Source: Macrostomum lignano (lineage: Eukaryota). From it: a stretch of DNA of 64,000 nucleotides. Position numbers and translations under genes: made by a program. The DNA lies in contig NIVC01002632.1 in NCBI GenBank assembly GCA_002269645.1, positions 62,001 through 126,000 on the forward strand, read 5' to 3'. The first letter of the stretch is position 1, and each line of letters opens with the position of its first letter. Of the stretch, positions 49,425-60,829 are shown piece after piece. The notes under the pieces were generated by a model. That model saw only the letters and a list, made by a program, of their open reading frames with translations. It had not been told where the DNA came from and did no database searches.

Positions 49425-50678
49425 TCAGCTTCTTCGTTCAAGAAGTGGCATCACCGTCTGAAGGTTCTCAACGCCACCAGTCGAGCTGCCGCTGCTGTTC
49501 CTGACTTCGACGGCGAAGACTTCGACATCGTTATCATCCCTGCCGAACCATCGGCTTCGCCGTTGAACAACGTCGATTGAAGAGGTGGCCGTCAACTTCA
49601 TCGGCGTAACGGGCGGCGCTGGAGGCGTGGGTGTCGTCGGCAGGTGTCGTATATCCCCTCGTCGACGCTCCTGACAGCCGAACAATCTGAGCAGACTTCG
49701 ACGAAACAGCCGAGTGGTGCACACGTAGATGACAAAGTTCATCAAGCTGTCCAACTGAGTCAGGACGTTGACAGCGAACACCAACTGAGAGCTCTTGATC
49801 TTCATGTAGGCCAGCAGGCAGGTGGGCAACTCCAGCCCCGCGAAGGCCAGAGACAGCAGCAGAACGGTGCGTTCAACCCGACGATCGCGGCAGCGTCGAC
49901 GGGCTAACGCCGTCTCGCCACCCGAGATGGCGCCAGACGCGGCGCTGTCTTGACGCTGAGCTCGGAGACCGCGAATCAGCAACACGCTCGACAGCAGCAC
50001 CAGAACGAATGGCGCGGTGATCTGTACAGAGTAGTAAGCTATGGCGTAGGCTGTCACGGTCATGCTCTCCTCGCTGCACTGGGCGTCCAACTCGCTGATG
50101 ATGGACAGAGGCAGCACGGCGACGGCCAGAAGACCTACTGACAGGCTGGCGAATCTGCCAGGCTGTCCGGCAGCGCTTTGACTGTCCGGGCGTCGGCTCA
50201 CGGCGCCAACGCCGGCCCTGACGTGCAACGGCCTGGCGATGGCGTTGGACCGGGACACGGCGATGCGCGCCACCGACCAGTTGCGCAGGGTCAGAGCAGA
50301 GCGCAGCAGAGCTCCGGTGAGTAGGGCGGGAATCGAAGCGTTAACCAGCGAGTTGCATGGCCAGTTGAGATCTAGTCGAGGTTGCCAGGCTGTGTCGGGC
50401 AGATGGCGGAGGCAGGTGACAGTCACTACGAGCAGGTTGAACAGCAGCTCGGTGGCGGACAGCTGGCACAGCAGCCGGCGGACTGGACTGCTGAGCTGGC
50501 GTTCCGGAGCTCGCCGGAACAGGCAGAGAGCGTAGGCGCTGTGCAGCGAGTTGGTGGAGCCAAGGACTAAATAGACTGAGCTGATCAGTCTGGTGAGCTG
50601 TTCGAACTCGCGACCGTTGCTGCTCGAACGATTTAGACGATCTTCGTCGAGTTGAAGAATCGCGGTTGCGTTCTGCAT
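49425..50678 (-). CDS. Orphan rhodopsin-like (class A) GPCR, intronless (about 417 aa)
   Basis: Multiple TM segments: TM1 YLVLGSTNSL, TM2 LCQLSATE, extracellular Cys before TM3, TM3 end LRNWSVARIAVSRSNAIARPL, TM5 APFVLVLLSSVLLI, TM6 FAGLELP and TM7 DSLMNFVIY. Confidence 0.85.
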   Translation of the reverse strand: MQNATAILQLDEDRLNRSSSNGREFEQLTRLISSVYLVLGSTNSLHSAYALCLFRRAPERQLSSPVRRLLCQLSATELLFNLLVVTVTCLRHLPDTAWQPRLDLNWPCNSLVNASIPALLTGALLRSALTLRNWSVARIAVSRSNAIARPLHVRAGVGAVSRRPDSQSAAGQPGRFASLSVGLLAVAVLPLSIISELDAQCSEESMTVTAYAIAYYSVQITAPFVLVLLSSVLLIRGLRAQRQDSAASGAISGGETALARRRCRDRRVERTVLLLSLAFAGLELPTCLLAYMKIKSSQLVFAVNVLTQLDSLMNFVIYVCTTRLFRRSLLRLFGCQERRRGDIRHLPTTPTPPAPPVTPMKLTATSSIDVVQRRSRWFGRDDNDVEVFAVEVRNSSGSSTGGVENLQTVMPLLERRS

Positions 50679-51074
50679 TCTTTCATCCGATCCGGCGGCT
50701 TTGTTATTCGGAGCAGTCTTCACTAGGGCCAGGGCAGTGGGGAACTGTGCATATGGGCGGACGAGTGTATACAGACAGGCATACCATAATCTAGGCCTAA
50801 GAGGTGGCGGGGGTGTTGGCTCAGCAACGGAGCTCAGATTTGATGGAATCAGCTCAGCCAGTGGCGCGCGCTCGAAAGACTGGAGAGTCTAACAATCGGT
50901 ACGTGTATTACAGTTTATCCTGGCTTTACTAAAACCAGAGTAGGTATGTTTTCATTTGATAGTGATATTGAATGCTTTTTTCAATATCATTCATTCGCAG
51001 TTTTTTGTTTAATCTGCTAAATTTAAGCCTAATTTTAAAACAAATATAAAAAGTAAAAGTTAACAAGAAATTTA

Positions 51075-51720
51075 ATGGGTAGAAATAAAGAGACCAGAGA
51101 AGAGAGCAGTAGAAGAAATATTGAGAATATATCAGAGGGGAGAACACAGGGGAAGGGGAGAGAGGAGAGGGGAGAAAAAGGGAGAGAGAAGAAAGGGGAG
51201 AGTGGAGAAAGGGGGAGAGGGGAGGGGAGAAGGGAGAGGGGAGAAATAGTGAGAGGAGAAGGTAGAAAGGGTGAGAGGAGAGAGTAGAAAGGGTGAGAGG
51301 AGAGGGGAGAGAGTAGAGATAAGAGGGGAGAAAGGGGAAGAGAGAGGAGAGAGGAGAAAGGTGGAGGGGAGAGGGAGAGGGGAGAGGAATAAGAAAGGGT
51401 GATAGGAGAGAAAAGAGAGAAGAGATAAGAAGGGAGAAAGAGTGAGAGGAGAGGGGAGAGGGAGGGGGGAGAGGAATAAGAAAGGGTGATAGGAGAGAAA
51501 AGAGAGAAGAGATAAGAAGGGAGAAAGGGGGAGAGGAGAGGGGAGAGGGGAGAGGGGAGAAAGGGTGAGAGGAGAGGGATGAAAAGCTGAGAGGAGGGAA
51601 GAGAGAAGAGATGAGGGGAGAAGAGATAAGAGAATGGAGACTGGATAGGCGAGAAAGGGAGAGAGGGGAGAAGGGGCATTGAGAGCTGGAAGTGTAGTGT
51701 ATCTGAGACACCAATTCTAC
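51075..51720. repeat. GA-rich low-complexity repeat
   Basis: Degenerate (gagag/ggaga)n with internal duplications. Confidence 0.93.
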
Positions 51721-52307
51721 TAAGGACAAAGGAAATAGAGGGACCCCAAGCTATCAATCTATCTGCACATCTACATTATAAAATATTCGTGTATTTCGCA
51801 TAACAAAAGGCGTAGCCATCTATGCCCTAGCATGCCCCAATGCACATGAAACAAAATTATATTCTACGCAGAGGGAAATCAAGCAAGTATGCTAATACCA
51901 GGCTTCTCCGTGTCTTTTCCAGTAGCTCTCGTAGCTCTCGTAGCCCCATTAAGACTGCACGGCACTGTCAGAGAAAGAGAAAGGGATAGAGGAAGGTGAA
52001 AGACAAAAGGCACTTGGCGGGATTCAGCATCATCTATCTGCTGAAGCCAATAGAATTTTGGGGACTGCAGGTCCCTACGTATAGATGGCTGCTTTCGTGA
52101 CATCAGATGCTTTTGTTGTTTTTGGCAGCTTGTAGAAATCCAAATGCCTAGATAGATCCTTTGATGTTTGAGGAGGAGTTGCGACTTTCTGACTAATATG
52201 CCTAATAATATTAATAATAATTGCAGGGCGCTGAGAGCTTAGCACATACATACAAGAGCGCCAATACTGTACGCACACATACGTACGCTCACACTGCATC
52301 TACCCCT

Positions 52308-52835
52308 CCATTAGGAAAATTCCCCTTTTGGTTCATCAACCCCTCCATTAGAAAAATTCCCTTTTGATTTATTTACCCTCGATTAGGAAAATTCCCCTTT
52401 GATTCATCAACCCCTCCATTAGGAGAGGAACTTCCCCTTTGATTTATCTATCCTTCCATAAGGAAAATTCCCCTTTGATTCATCAACCCCTCGATTAGGA
52501 AAATTCCCTTTGATTCATCTACCCTCCATTAGGAAACTTCCCCTTTGATTCATCTATCCTTCCATTAGGAAACTTCCCCTTTGATTCATCAACCCCTCCA
52601 TTAGGAAACTTCCCCTTTGATTCATCAACCCCTCCATTAGGACACTTCTCCTTTGATTCATCAACCCTCCATTAGGAAAATTCCCCTTTGATTTATCAAC
52701 CGCTTCATTAGGGAACTTCCCCTTTGATTCATCTATCCTTCCATTAGGAAACTTCCCCTTTGATTCATCAACCCCTCCATTAGGACACTTCTCCTTTGAT
52801 TCATCAACCCTCCATTAGGAAACTTCCCCTTTGAA
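52308..52835. repeat. Minisatellite of about 36 bp (attaggaaacttcccctttgattcatcaacccctcc)n
   Basis: About 14 diverged tandem units. Confidence 0.93.
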
Positions 52836-53084
52836 AATCAAAAAGACCGCGAATTTGAGCGCAAGTTTTTATTTAGCCGGCTGAAATCCAATGGCGGAAG
52901 CTGAAATCGCGTCGCATAGTCAAAAGCCAAGCAGGCAGAGTAGCTGGAGAACTTTATTTCCTGTTCCAATCTCAAAAAATTGCTTTTATGATCGTGGTTG
53001 TGAATTTAAACGTATTTAATGCGCCTTAGTGCCTTAGAGGGGCGCTGGAGGGCTCCTGGCCCAGGCGCTCTACTTCACGTCTTT

Positions 53085-53400
53085 AGGGGAGGGGCGAGAG
53101 GGTAGAGGGAGGGTATAGGAGAGGGAAGAGGGGAGGGTAGAGGAGAGGGTAGAGAGGTGAGGGGCGAGGGGTGAGGGGTGGGGTGTGAGGGGTGAGGGTA
53201 GAGGGGTGAGGGTGAGGGGTAAGAGGGGTGAGGGTAGAGGGGTGAGGGTAGAGGGGTGAAGGGTGAGGGTAGAGGGATGAGAGGTGAGGGTAGATGGGTG
53301 AGGGTAGAGGGGATCAGACGTGAGGGTAGATGGGTGAGGGTAGAGGGGTGAGGGTAGAGGGGTGAAGGGTGAGGGTAGAGGGATGAGGGTAGAGGAGAGA
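53085..53400. repeat. G-rich minisatellite (gtgagggtagaggg)-like
   Basis: Degenerate tandem units 3' of the GT31 gene. Confidence 0.9.
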
Positions 53401-53498
53401 TATGAGATATTAGATGCAAAAGTGCTGGTTTCGGGTCAGGGCCCAGCAAGAAAGCAGTAATAAAATGATGAAGCTGTCAGCGACTGTCTCCAGCGACT

Positions 53499-55542
53499 CT
53501 ACAGGTCGAGTTTGTCGCTATGGTACGGCAGCACATCCTTGCACTCGTTCAGCCGCCTACCCTGACTATTTCGCTCGAACACGTTGAGCACCTCAACGGG
53601 CGGCAGATGCGAAATGAAAAACATTCTCAGATGCATGCAGACGTCCATGGGGCCTTCCAGCATGACGAAGTGGTCGTTGAACTGTGGCCGAACTCCGATT
53701 CGGGCCATGAGAACACCGATATAGACGTCGTCCACTCCGATCGGTTCGAGTTTGGGAATCTCGCCAGCCAGTCTGGGGATCAGATCCCAACTAATCAGAT
53801 AGGCGGGGTTCTTGTTGTAGTCGGGGAAGGCGGGGTAGGGATAAATAGATTCTGAGACATAGCCAGTCCGTTGAGGATTTCTGTCGGGGACGTCGCCGTG
53901 GACTGTGTGGCCAACGTAGAGCCCGGTCTGTTTACCCGCCGGGAATTTGGCGGCCAGCCAGTGTACAAATGCTGGCATGTTCACGAAAGTGTCGTCTGTG
54001 ACCTGCGATAGCGGGGGCGTGGAGAGTTTGGTGAGTGTACGGAGAGTTTGGTGAGTGTACGGAGAGTTTGATGAGTGTACGGAGAGTTTGGTGAGTGTAC
54101 GGAGAGTTTGGTGAGTGTACGGAGAGTTTGGTGAGTGTACGGAGAGTTTGGTGAGTGTACGGAGAGTTTGGTAAGTGTACAGAGAGTTTGGTGAGTGTAC
54201 GGAGAGTTTGGTGAGTGTACGGAGAGTTTGGTGAGTGTACGGAGAGTTTGGTGAGTGTACGGAGAGTTTTATGAGTGTACGGAGAGTTTGGTGAGTGTAC
54301 GGAGAGTTTGGTGAGTGTACGGAGAGTTTGGTGAGTGTACGGAGAGTTTGGTGAGTGTACGGAGAGTTTGGTGAGTGTACGGAGAGTTTGGTGAGTGTAC
54401 GGAGAGTTTGGAGAGTGTACGGAGAGTTTGGTGAGTGTACGGAGAGTTTGGTGAGTGTACGGAGAGTTGGTGAGTGTACGGAGAGTTTGTGGAGTGTACG
54501 GAGAGTTTAGTGAGTGTACGGAGAGTTTGTGGAGTGTACGGAGAGTTTAGTGAGTGTACGGAGAGTTTGGGGAGTGTACGGAGAGTTTGGGGAGTGTACG
54601 GAGAGTTTGGGAGTGTATGGAAAATCCTGTGCGTATCTTAAGGGTGCACAAAAATACACAGAATGCACAGAAAACAAATCAAACCATAACAATAACCTTG
54701 AGGAGAAACTTTGGCTTGCAACGCTGAAACTGGGCATCCTCGTTGAGCTCCATCAGGGCGCCCATCGTTTTCCGCTGGCCTGAGTGCGGCGTATCCAGAA
54801 AGCGAAACTGCAGGATGTCGCCAAATTCTCGAGCTTCCTCTTCGATTTCGCGCTGCAGATTGGCGCCCCGGCCGCTGCCCGTGGTGAAGAGCACGCGCCA
54901 CAGGTGCGGCCGCGAGTTAATGAACTTGGTGTGCGATTTTGTTGGCGAGTACCAGGTCTCGCGGATAGCGTTTCGATAGGCGATCTCGGCTGCCCGAGTG
55001 TGCACCAGAACTAGGAACAGCGGCTCTTTGCCAGCCTGGCACGCCTTGAAGTTCGGTCGCAGAAGGACTTCAGGCTTGTCCAGCTGTCTTGGCTTGGGCA
55101 GAGCCAACAGCTGGGCAAGACTCACTCGGTCGTGCCGATGACCCCCGGTGCCTTCGTAGTCCTTGATCTCCAAGCCTAGCTGGCGTCGATTGATCTCGGC
55201 TTGAACTCGACGAAGCAGCTCTTGGGAGCCGACAGTTCGACCCTCCTTAGATTCGAGCTGCAGGCGAGCTTTGGCAACAATGTCGGACAATTTCGAATCG
55301 GACAGTTGCGGAGGCTGCAGATGCTGCTGCCGTTGGTCAGCATGTTTGCGCAACGTTTCAACGTTTGACAACGACTGTTGCGCTGTTGCGTCTCCGGGAG
55401 GCGAGCGCAGGATCCGGTAGAGAGCCGCCACGGCCAGCAAAGCTGCCACCGCGTAGGCTGCTGGTAGGGTGAAGCGCTTAGTCCGGAAGCTGCGATAAGC
55501 TGCTCTGAAGGAACCGGAGGACGAAGAGGCATACGAAGGCAT
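53499..55542 (-). CDS. GT31 family beta-1,3-galactosyltransferase / GlcNAc-transferase, type II membrane protein (about 449 aa)
   Basis: Exons 55542-54697 and 54002-53499. N-terminal anchor AYAVAALLAVAALY. Motifs FLVLVHT, RNAIRETW, EAREFGDILQ, LLKVTDDTFVN (across the junction), YP.Y..PAYLIS and DDVYIG. Confidence 0.92.
54020..54618. repeat. 20-bp intronic minisatellite (ggtgagtgtacggagagttt)n
   Basis: About 29 units abutting the 3' splice site of the GT31 intron. Confidence 0.97.
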
Positions 55543-56981
55543 ACTCAGTTCATTGGACGGGGAGAGGATAAGGCAAATTGTGCTCAGTTCTGCTAGGCCC
55601 GGTGCATTCAATGGAGTTAAGGAATTGGGGAAGAAGAAAGAAAGAGGTGGACGGTACAGCCGCGTGTCGACTTTCCTGAGCAGATCTCAGAACAGACAAC
55701 AGGTGCGTTCAGTTGGAGTAGTCGATCGTCCCTCTCGGTGTTCGCGTTCGGCTGAGCCGGAACAATCGTACCTCCAAGCCAGATGGTCGAATTGATTTTT
55801 CTCCCTGTTCCTCGTTGCACACTCGCAGACATTGCGACAGCTAAACTGTATGGACGATCAAATTGCATTCTCGTCCGTTCCCTGCTCGTCAGGAAGGAAG
55901 GATATCGAGAATATTTCCTATTAACATTGCTGCGACACAGAATTAGCTTTAATCAAAAGAGCTGAATCGGTATCTGTCGTCCTTGTTGCTGTTGTCGTCT
56001 GGTCAAGACGCTCGTTTGATTGCTGTTTTTCTGCGGCTATTTTTGGGACTGAGGCTATCTGGCAAAAATCGACAATAATAAAAACACGGGGCGGACCTCT
56101 CAAAGGATGCGGGCTTTCAAAGCTGACCACTTTAGAAAATTGAGAATTTCGAGCCTCCCAAATCGATGATGATGTTGTGAACTGTTTGTAGAAAAATATT
56201 CATGCAGCTCTTATTATCTGAGCCAACACAATTAGCATTTGTTATTATCAATCAATAAGGCGGCCGACGCATGCACAGTGTAAACATGTTCACGCACTCA
56301 ATGCAAGTGCACTGATGATCACAGAATGCAATCAAATAATAATGAAATAAGCTATCAAAACAACCAGAGTTTGCTTCCCAGATTCCCAGCTCGTTGCACA
56401 AAGAGAAAGTCTGTTTCTGCGTGGGTAGCAAGGCTCAGATAGGATTACACCTTCTGACGCCATGCACGCATAGGTTAGGCCCCTGCAGACAGCTGCACTC
56501 GCTCCTATAAGGCTATCCGCGAAGTTCGTCTCAGTTTCAAAAGTTGAAACTTGATTAGTGAATAGGGCTTCGATTTCCCCTTCGCGTTGTCACTTGAACT
56601 TTCATGGCAACAGCTCAGGCACAGTTGCTATGCTGCATAAAACTTGAACACTCTGCTTATTCAGTTGCGGCCCAGCTCTGTGTGACAAGTGCACCCGTTT
56701 AGATCACTTTCCAGTCAGTCGTTATTAAATTCCTCTGTTCTCGCTTTTCTCACTAACAATTTGAAAAGTGGCTCACGCCACTGTAAAGGAGACGAACTAT
56801 AGGCTAGAAAATAGGCAAGCGAGCGAGGAGCGGGGCGTTGGCGCTGTCAAACTTTTCCCGAATTCTTTGAAAGAGAGAAAGCGAGCAGCTGCATTTGGAT
56901 ATGCAAAGCGGCATTGCTTAAGATCTACGAGCTAGCAGTGCTCGGCAGAGGAAGAGTGCGTGCTGTGTTGGCGGCGGCACA

Positions 56982-58940
56982 ATGGATACATCAAAGTCGT
57001 CCTACGTGGAGGTGACGAAAAACTACCTGCAAAGCTCGTCAATTCGCGGCTTTCCCAGAATAATCAAAGCTCAAAATATTCTATCGAAGCTTTTATGGAT
57101 AGTTACTATAACTATCTTTCTAGGAATCGCTATATGGCAGGTGTCCGACATAGTGATAATCTATCTGAAGTACGGCGTGCAGCTGAAGTACAGTTCCACC
57201 ATGGACCCGAACGCGCCGTTCCCATCCGTGACGCTGTGCAATCAGCAGCCGTTCGCGGCTGAAGCGTCATCTGAGGGCTACATTGCCAATCGGAGCTTCA
57301 ACGAATTCGTCAAGAAGGTCAACTCGTTGGAGTCGTCATTGGGCCAGTCGCTCGAGTCGATGAAAACCGTCGAAGTGTTCTATCAGAATTCGCAAGTTCT
57401 ACAAGTGGACGCCATTGCCCACGTTAGCGGTCGTCTCATCAAGGACTGCCAGTTCGAGTTCGAACAGGACGGGCGGCTGCAGACTCGGAGCTGTTCGGAT
57501 CAGAACGTGCAGAAATTTCCGCATCCGCGGTACCTGCGCTGTTTCACGGTGAAAATTGATCAGCAGCTGGGCGCCGCCCGGCTTCACAGCCTTCGCCTGG
57601 TGCTGTTCCTGGACAACTTTAACTATCCATTCTTCAGCCGCACCATGCTCGACAATGAACCGAATTTGGCTCGTCAGGGTGTCCGGGTGAGCGTCCACCA
57701 GAACGGCAGCCTGCCCCAGCTAGAGGCCAACTACATCGACATTCCGCCGGGAACGTCGGCAACGCTGCACGTCAGCACGGTGACGCGCAACCTTCTGCCA
57801 GCACCCTACGGCGACTGCAAAAAGGAGGCAGTGGCGCCTATTGCCGCAAGCAGTCCTCTAGACGACACCCTAAATTACGCGTACACGCCGCACGCATGCC
57901 GGCGAATCTGCCTTCAGGAGTTGTTAATCAAAAAATGCGGCTGCCTCGATCCGAATCTGCCCGTGCCGCGCGGCGTTATGGTCGACGACGGAGCGATCGA
58001 CTTTGGTGCGGCGCTGTCAGTTGCAAAGCGCGACGATCCCGGACCGCCGCCAGCAGGAGGCTTCGTCTTCACGGAGAAAGTGTTGCCAGACGGCGAGTTC
58101 AAGGTCGATCGCGAGCCGCGCGCTGCCAGCACTACGCCAAAGAAGACGCCAACGACAATCGTTCCGCCGATTCTGCTACCGCCAGCCGATGGAAGTATGG
58201 TGCCCTACTGCAAGAAGTGGCCGCAGAAAAGCGAAAACACGACAGTTGCCAATCAGGTCTATCAGAAGCGAGTGGCCTGCTGGCAGAGCCAGCTGGTGAA
58301 GCAGAGCGGCATCAAATACTGCATGCTCGGCGCTAGAAACCTCACCTGCGATGTGCCGTGCAACACAACTGAGCACTCGGTGACGATTTCTTATGCAGCC
58401 TGGCCGCACGAGTCGCTACACCTGGCCGTGTTTGAGAAGTACTTATCAACCGACTATAGCAGGCTGAAGTACTTTTCTGAGTTTCCCAACTTGCAGGAGA
58501 TGGTGGCTGAGGAGCGCTACACCGAAGTGTACTCGGCCCTGGCCGCCAGCCGCAAGATGAAGGAAAACTTTGTCGAGATAAAAATCACAAAACCATCCTG
58601 GAATGTTACCGTTATCGCTGAGATTCCCTCGTTCCCGTTGAGTCGACTGCTCAGCTCTATCGGCGGAGCGATGAATCTGTGGTCGGGGATTACAATAATT
58701 GCACTGCTAGAGTTCATTGAGCTGCTGGCGATTCTAATTGGCACCTTTATGAGCAACAACTGCGGAGGCGGCGGCGGCAGCAGCAGAGGTCGAGGCGGCC
58801 GCACCAGCGACAGCAAGGAGAAGTTGTCGCCGGCGGATGTCCTCTCAGAGCCGTCGGAAAAAGCATCTGAAAGCGCCGACACGGCTGGCTCCGACGGGAA
58901 GTCCAACGACACCTATGGATCTTTGTTCACCTGGTCGTAA
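56982..58940 (+). CDS. DEG/ENaC (amiloride-sensitive channel) family subunit, intronless (652 aa)
   Basis: TM1 LLWIVTITIFLGIAIW, FPSVTLCNQQ, HPRYLRCFT, GVRVSVH, Cys-rich thumb (PYGDC, YTPHAC..IC.Q..LIKKCGC), WP motif, and TM2 LLSSIGGAMNLWSGITIIALLEFIE. Confidence 0.93.
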   Translation: MDTSKSSYVEVTKNYLQSSSIRGFPRIIKAQNILSKLLWIVTITIFLGIAIWQVSDIVIIYLKYGVQLKYSSTMDPNAPFPSVTLCNQQPFAAEASSEGYIANRSFNEFVKKVNSLESSLGQSLESMKTVEVFYQNSQVLQVDAIAHVSGRLIKDCQFEFEQDGRLQTRSCSDQNVQKFPHPRYLRCFTVKIDQQLGAARLHSLRLVLFLDNFNYPFFSRTMLDNEPNLARQGVRVSVHQNGSLPQLEANYIDIPPGTSATLHVSTVTRNLLPAPYGDCKKEAVAPIAASSPLDDTLNYAYTPHACRRICLQELLIKKCGCLDPNLPVPRGVMVDDGAIDFGAALSVAKRDDPGPPPAGGFVFTEKVLPDGEFKVDREPRAASTTPKKTPTTIVPPILLPPADGSMVPYCKKWPQKSENTTVANQVYQKRVACWQSQLVKQSGIKYCMLGARNLTCDVPCNTTEHSVTISYAAWPHESLHLAVFEKYLSTDYSRLKYFSEFPNLQEMVAEERYTEVYSALAASRKMKENFVEIKITKPSWNVTVIAEIPSFPLSRLLSSIGGAMNLWSGITIIALLEFIELLAILIGTFMSNNCGGGGGSSRGRGGRTSDSKEKLSPADVLSEPSEKASESADTAGSDGKSNDTYGSLFTWS

Positions 58941-59977
58941 AAATTACCTTCAAAAGCGTTATATACGAGTAGAGGAATTAATCAGTTGTGATAGTTAATC
59001 TCAGCACTGTCATACTCTTGCGCAATAGTATATATTTATTATTATCAAGGTGCACAACATTTACTTGAACAGGTAGGCAGTTATATTATCTTATATGCAG
59101 GTGTTGATTATTTTTTGCCAAAATTATTAAAGCTTTGTTAGACAACCATATAGTTTTTTAAAAATAATTAAGACCTTAAGGAGGCAGAGAGCAGCTCAAC
59201 CCTAACTTGTCTGACTGTTGCACCATTCTCGACCATGATCAGGGAGGGCCAAGCCTTTAAGGTACAGAGTATGTACATTTAGGATGCATCAGATTTACAC
59301 GAAAATCTAGCAACTGCACCTGTATGTCAGTTCAAAATGTGCCAATGTGAGTAGAAAACACACACAAACCCTGAGACCATGCGCGTGCTTAGGGGATCAG
59401 CGGAACGGGACTATAGTGGAAATCGAAGCAGTAAAACTTCACGTAAAAGAATGGAGTCCTTTGAAATTGCCATGGACTTTAAAGGCATCATCTTTAATCT
59501 TCTTTTCCGATTAACTCCCGATAATCTGCTCACTGTCAGACCCTGTTCGTGTTATTTCTGATACGCAAAATTTTTAGCCAAGGGCTACTGAAGTAGAAAA
59601 AAAACAGGAAACCTTGCTTCTTTGAAAATTTTAGGGGCAGGTTCCGAAAAAAATACACTACGGAGATAGGAAGTTTTCATTTTTTCAGCATAAAAATTGC
59701 TATTGCCTTCGATAGGAGGCAGCCCCAGTGTTCTCTGATACATATACCGGTATTGTCACACAGTCATCCAAGAATGATAAAATTGATTCATTTATGATCA
59801 TTTATGAATCAAACCAATGAGCCGAGCCGTGCCATTTCGATAGTTTTTAGGCACAGGACATATATGCAAGTGTACGTAGAATAGAAATTTAACATAGAAT
59901 CCCAATTTTATAAACGATTAAAAAACCGGCCTTCAAAAGTTTTCCAAGAAACAAGGTTTCCCGTCCTGCTTGGGTAG

Positions 59978-60150
59978 CATACATGCGCAACCTTGGGAAT
60001 CACTCGGCCGTTTCTATTGGCAACACACACATGTAAGTCGCTATTGGCTGAGAGCAGTCACGTGACTTACTATTCCGTCCAAAAGCGACTTACATGTGTG
60101 TGTTGCCAATAGAAACGGCCGGGTGAATCCCAAGGTTGCGCCCAAGCATG
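59978..60150. mobile_element. 173-bp foldback MITE (hAT-like by TSD length)
   Basis: 58-bp inverted arms at 59985-60042 and 60084-60141 with about 2 mismatches. Flanked by the 8-bp direct repeat ttgggtag (59970-59977 and 60151-60158). Confidence 0.7.
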
Positions 60151-60829
60151 TTGGGTAGTCCTTGTTTGTAACATGAGTATATATGCTGTATTTGAAAAGG
60201 CCATGGAACTAATGATTATATAAAACACAAAGTGCTTTCGACCCCGGTAATAAAAAAGCTACTGGCAATACAAATTTTACCTATTCATTGCCTTACTTTA
60301 ATAAACAGAATCGGAATCCAGTCACTAATCCGTGAAGTAAGCAGGCTATGAAGATGATCTGTGCAAACACGGACTATCGATCATATTTCATCCAAGAAGC
60401 ATGTGAAGCCCACATGGCTACACGTAAGGTTATAGTAAACCGATAAGGTCTCAGGGAACTCAGAAGACTAGCTATTGAGCTTTGTTTGTAATCGCTTGAC
60501 TGACACAGAATTACGATTTCGGGCCACGGGGTGGAGCTAACAGGGCAGGGTAGGGTCCTTAAGGATTTACTAAATTATGCATACGAAATCGGAAAACGCT
60601 CTCACAAAGAGCCAATCGTACGCAAGAATAATCTCCATATATAAGAAGTCAGCACTTGACCTGCAGTTAAAGAAGTCCCGCGTCAGCGATTTCCGATCAA
60701 AAATTCCTTTTTTCAATTATTAAATGCGTCCAGTGCCTTCAGGCTATCCGGAATCAAACTAGAGATGCAAAGACGGAGACTAAATCACTCTTCCAAATCC
60801 CAACTGACCCAGAAAATTTAAGTTCTCCT

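Noticed and set aside
52308-52835. CRISPR-like appearance of 20-36-bp repeats (this array with its ggaaaattcc palindrome, and others)
   Set aside because: The units are head-to-tail with no unique spacers, there are no cas genes, and the context is eukaryotic.
53085-53400. Telomere-like G-rich repeat
   Set aside because: The unit is gtgagggtagaggg-like, not TTAGGG, and is degenerate and internal.
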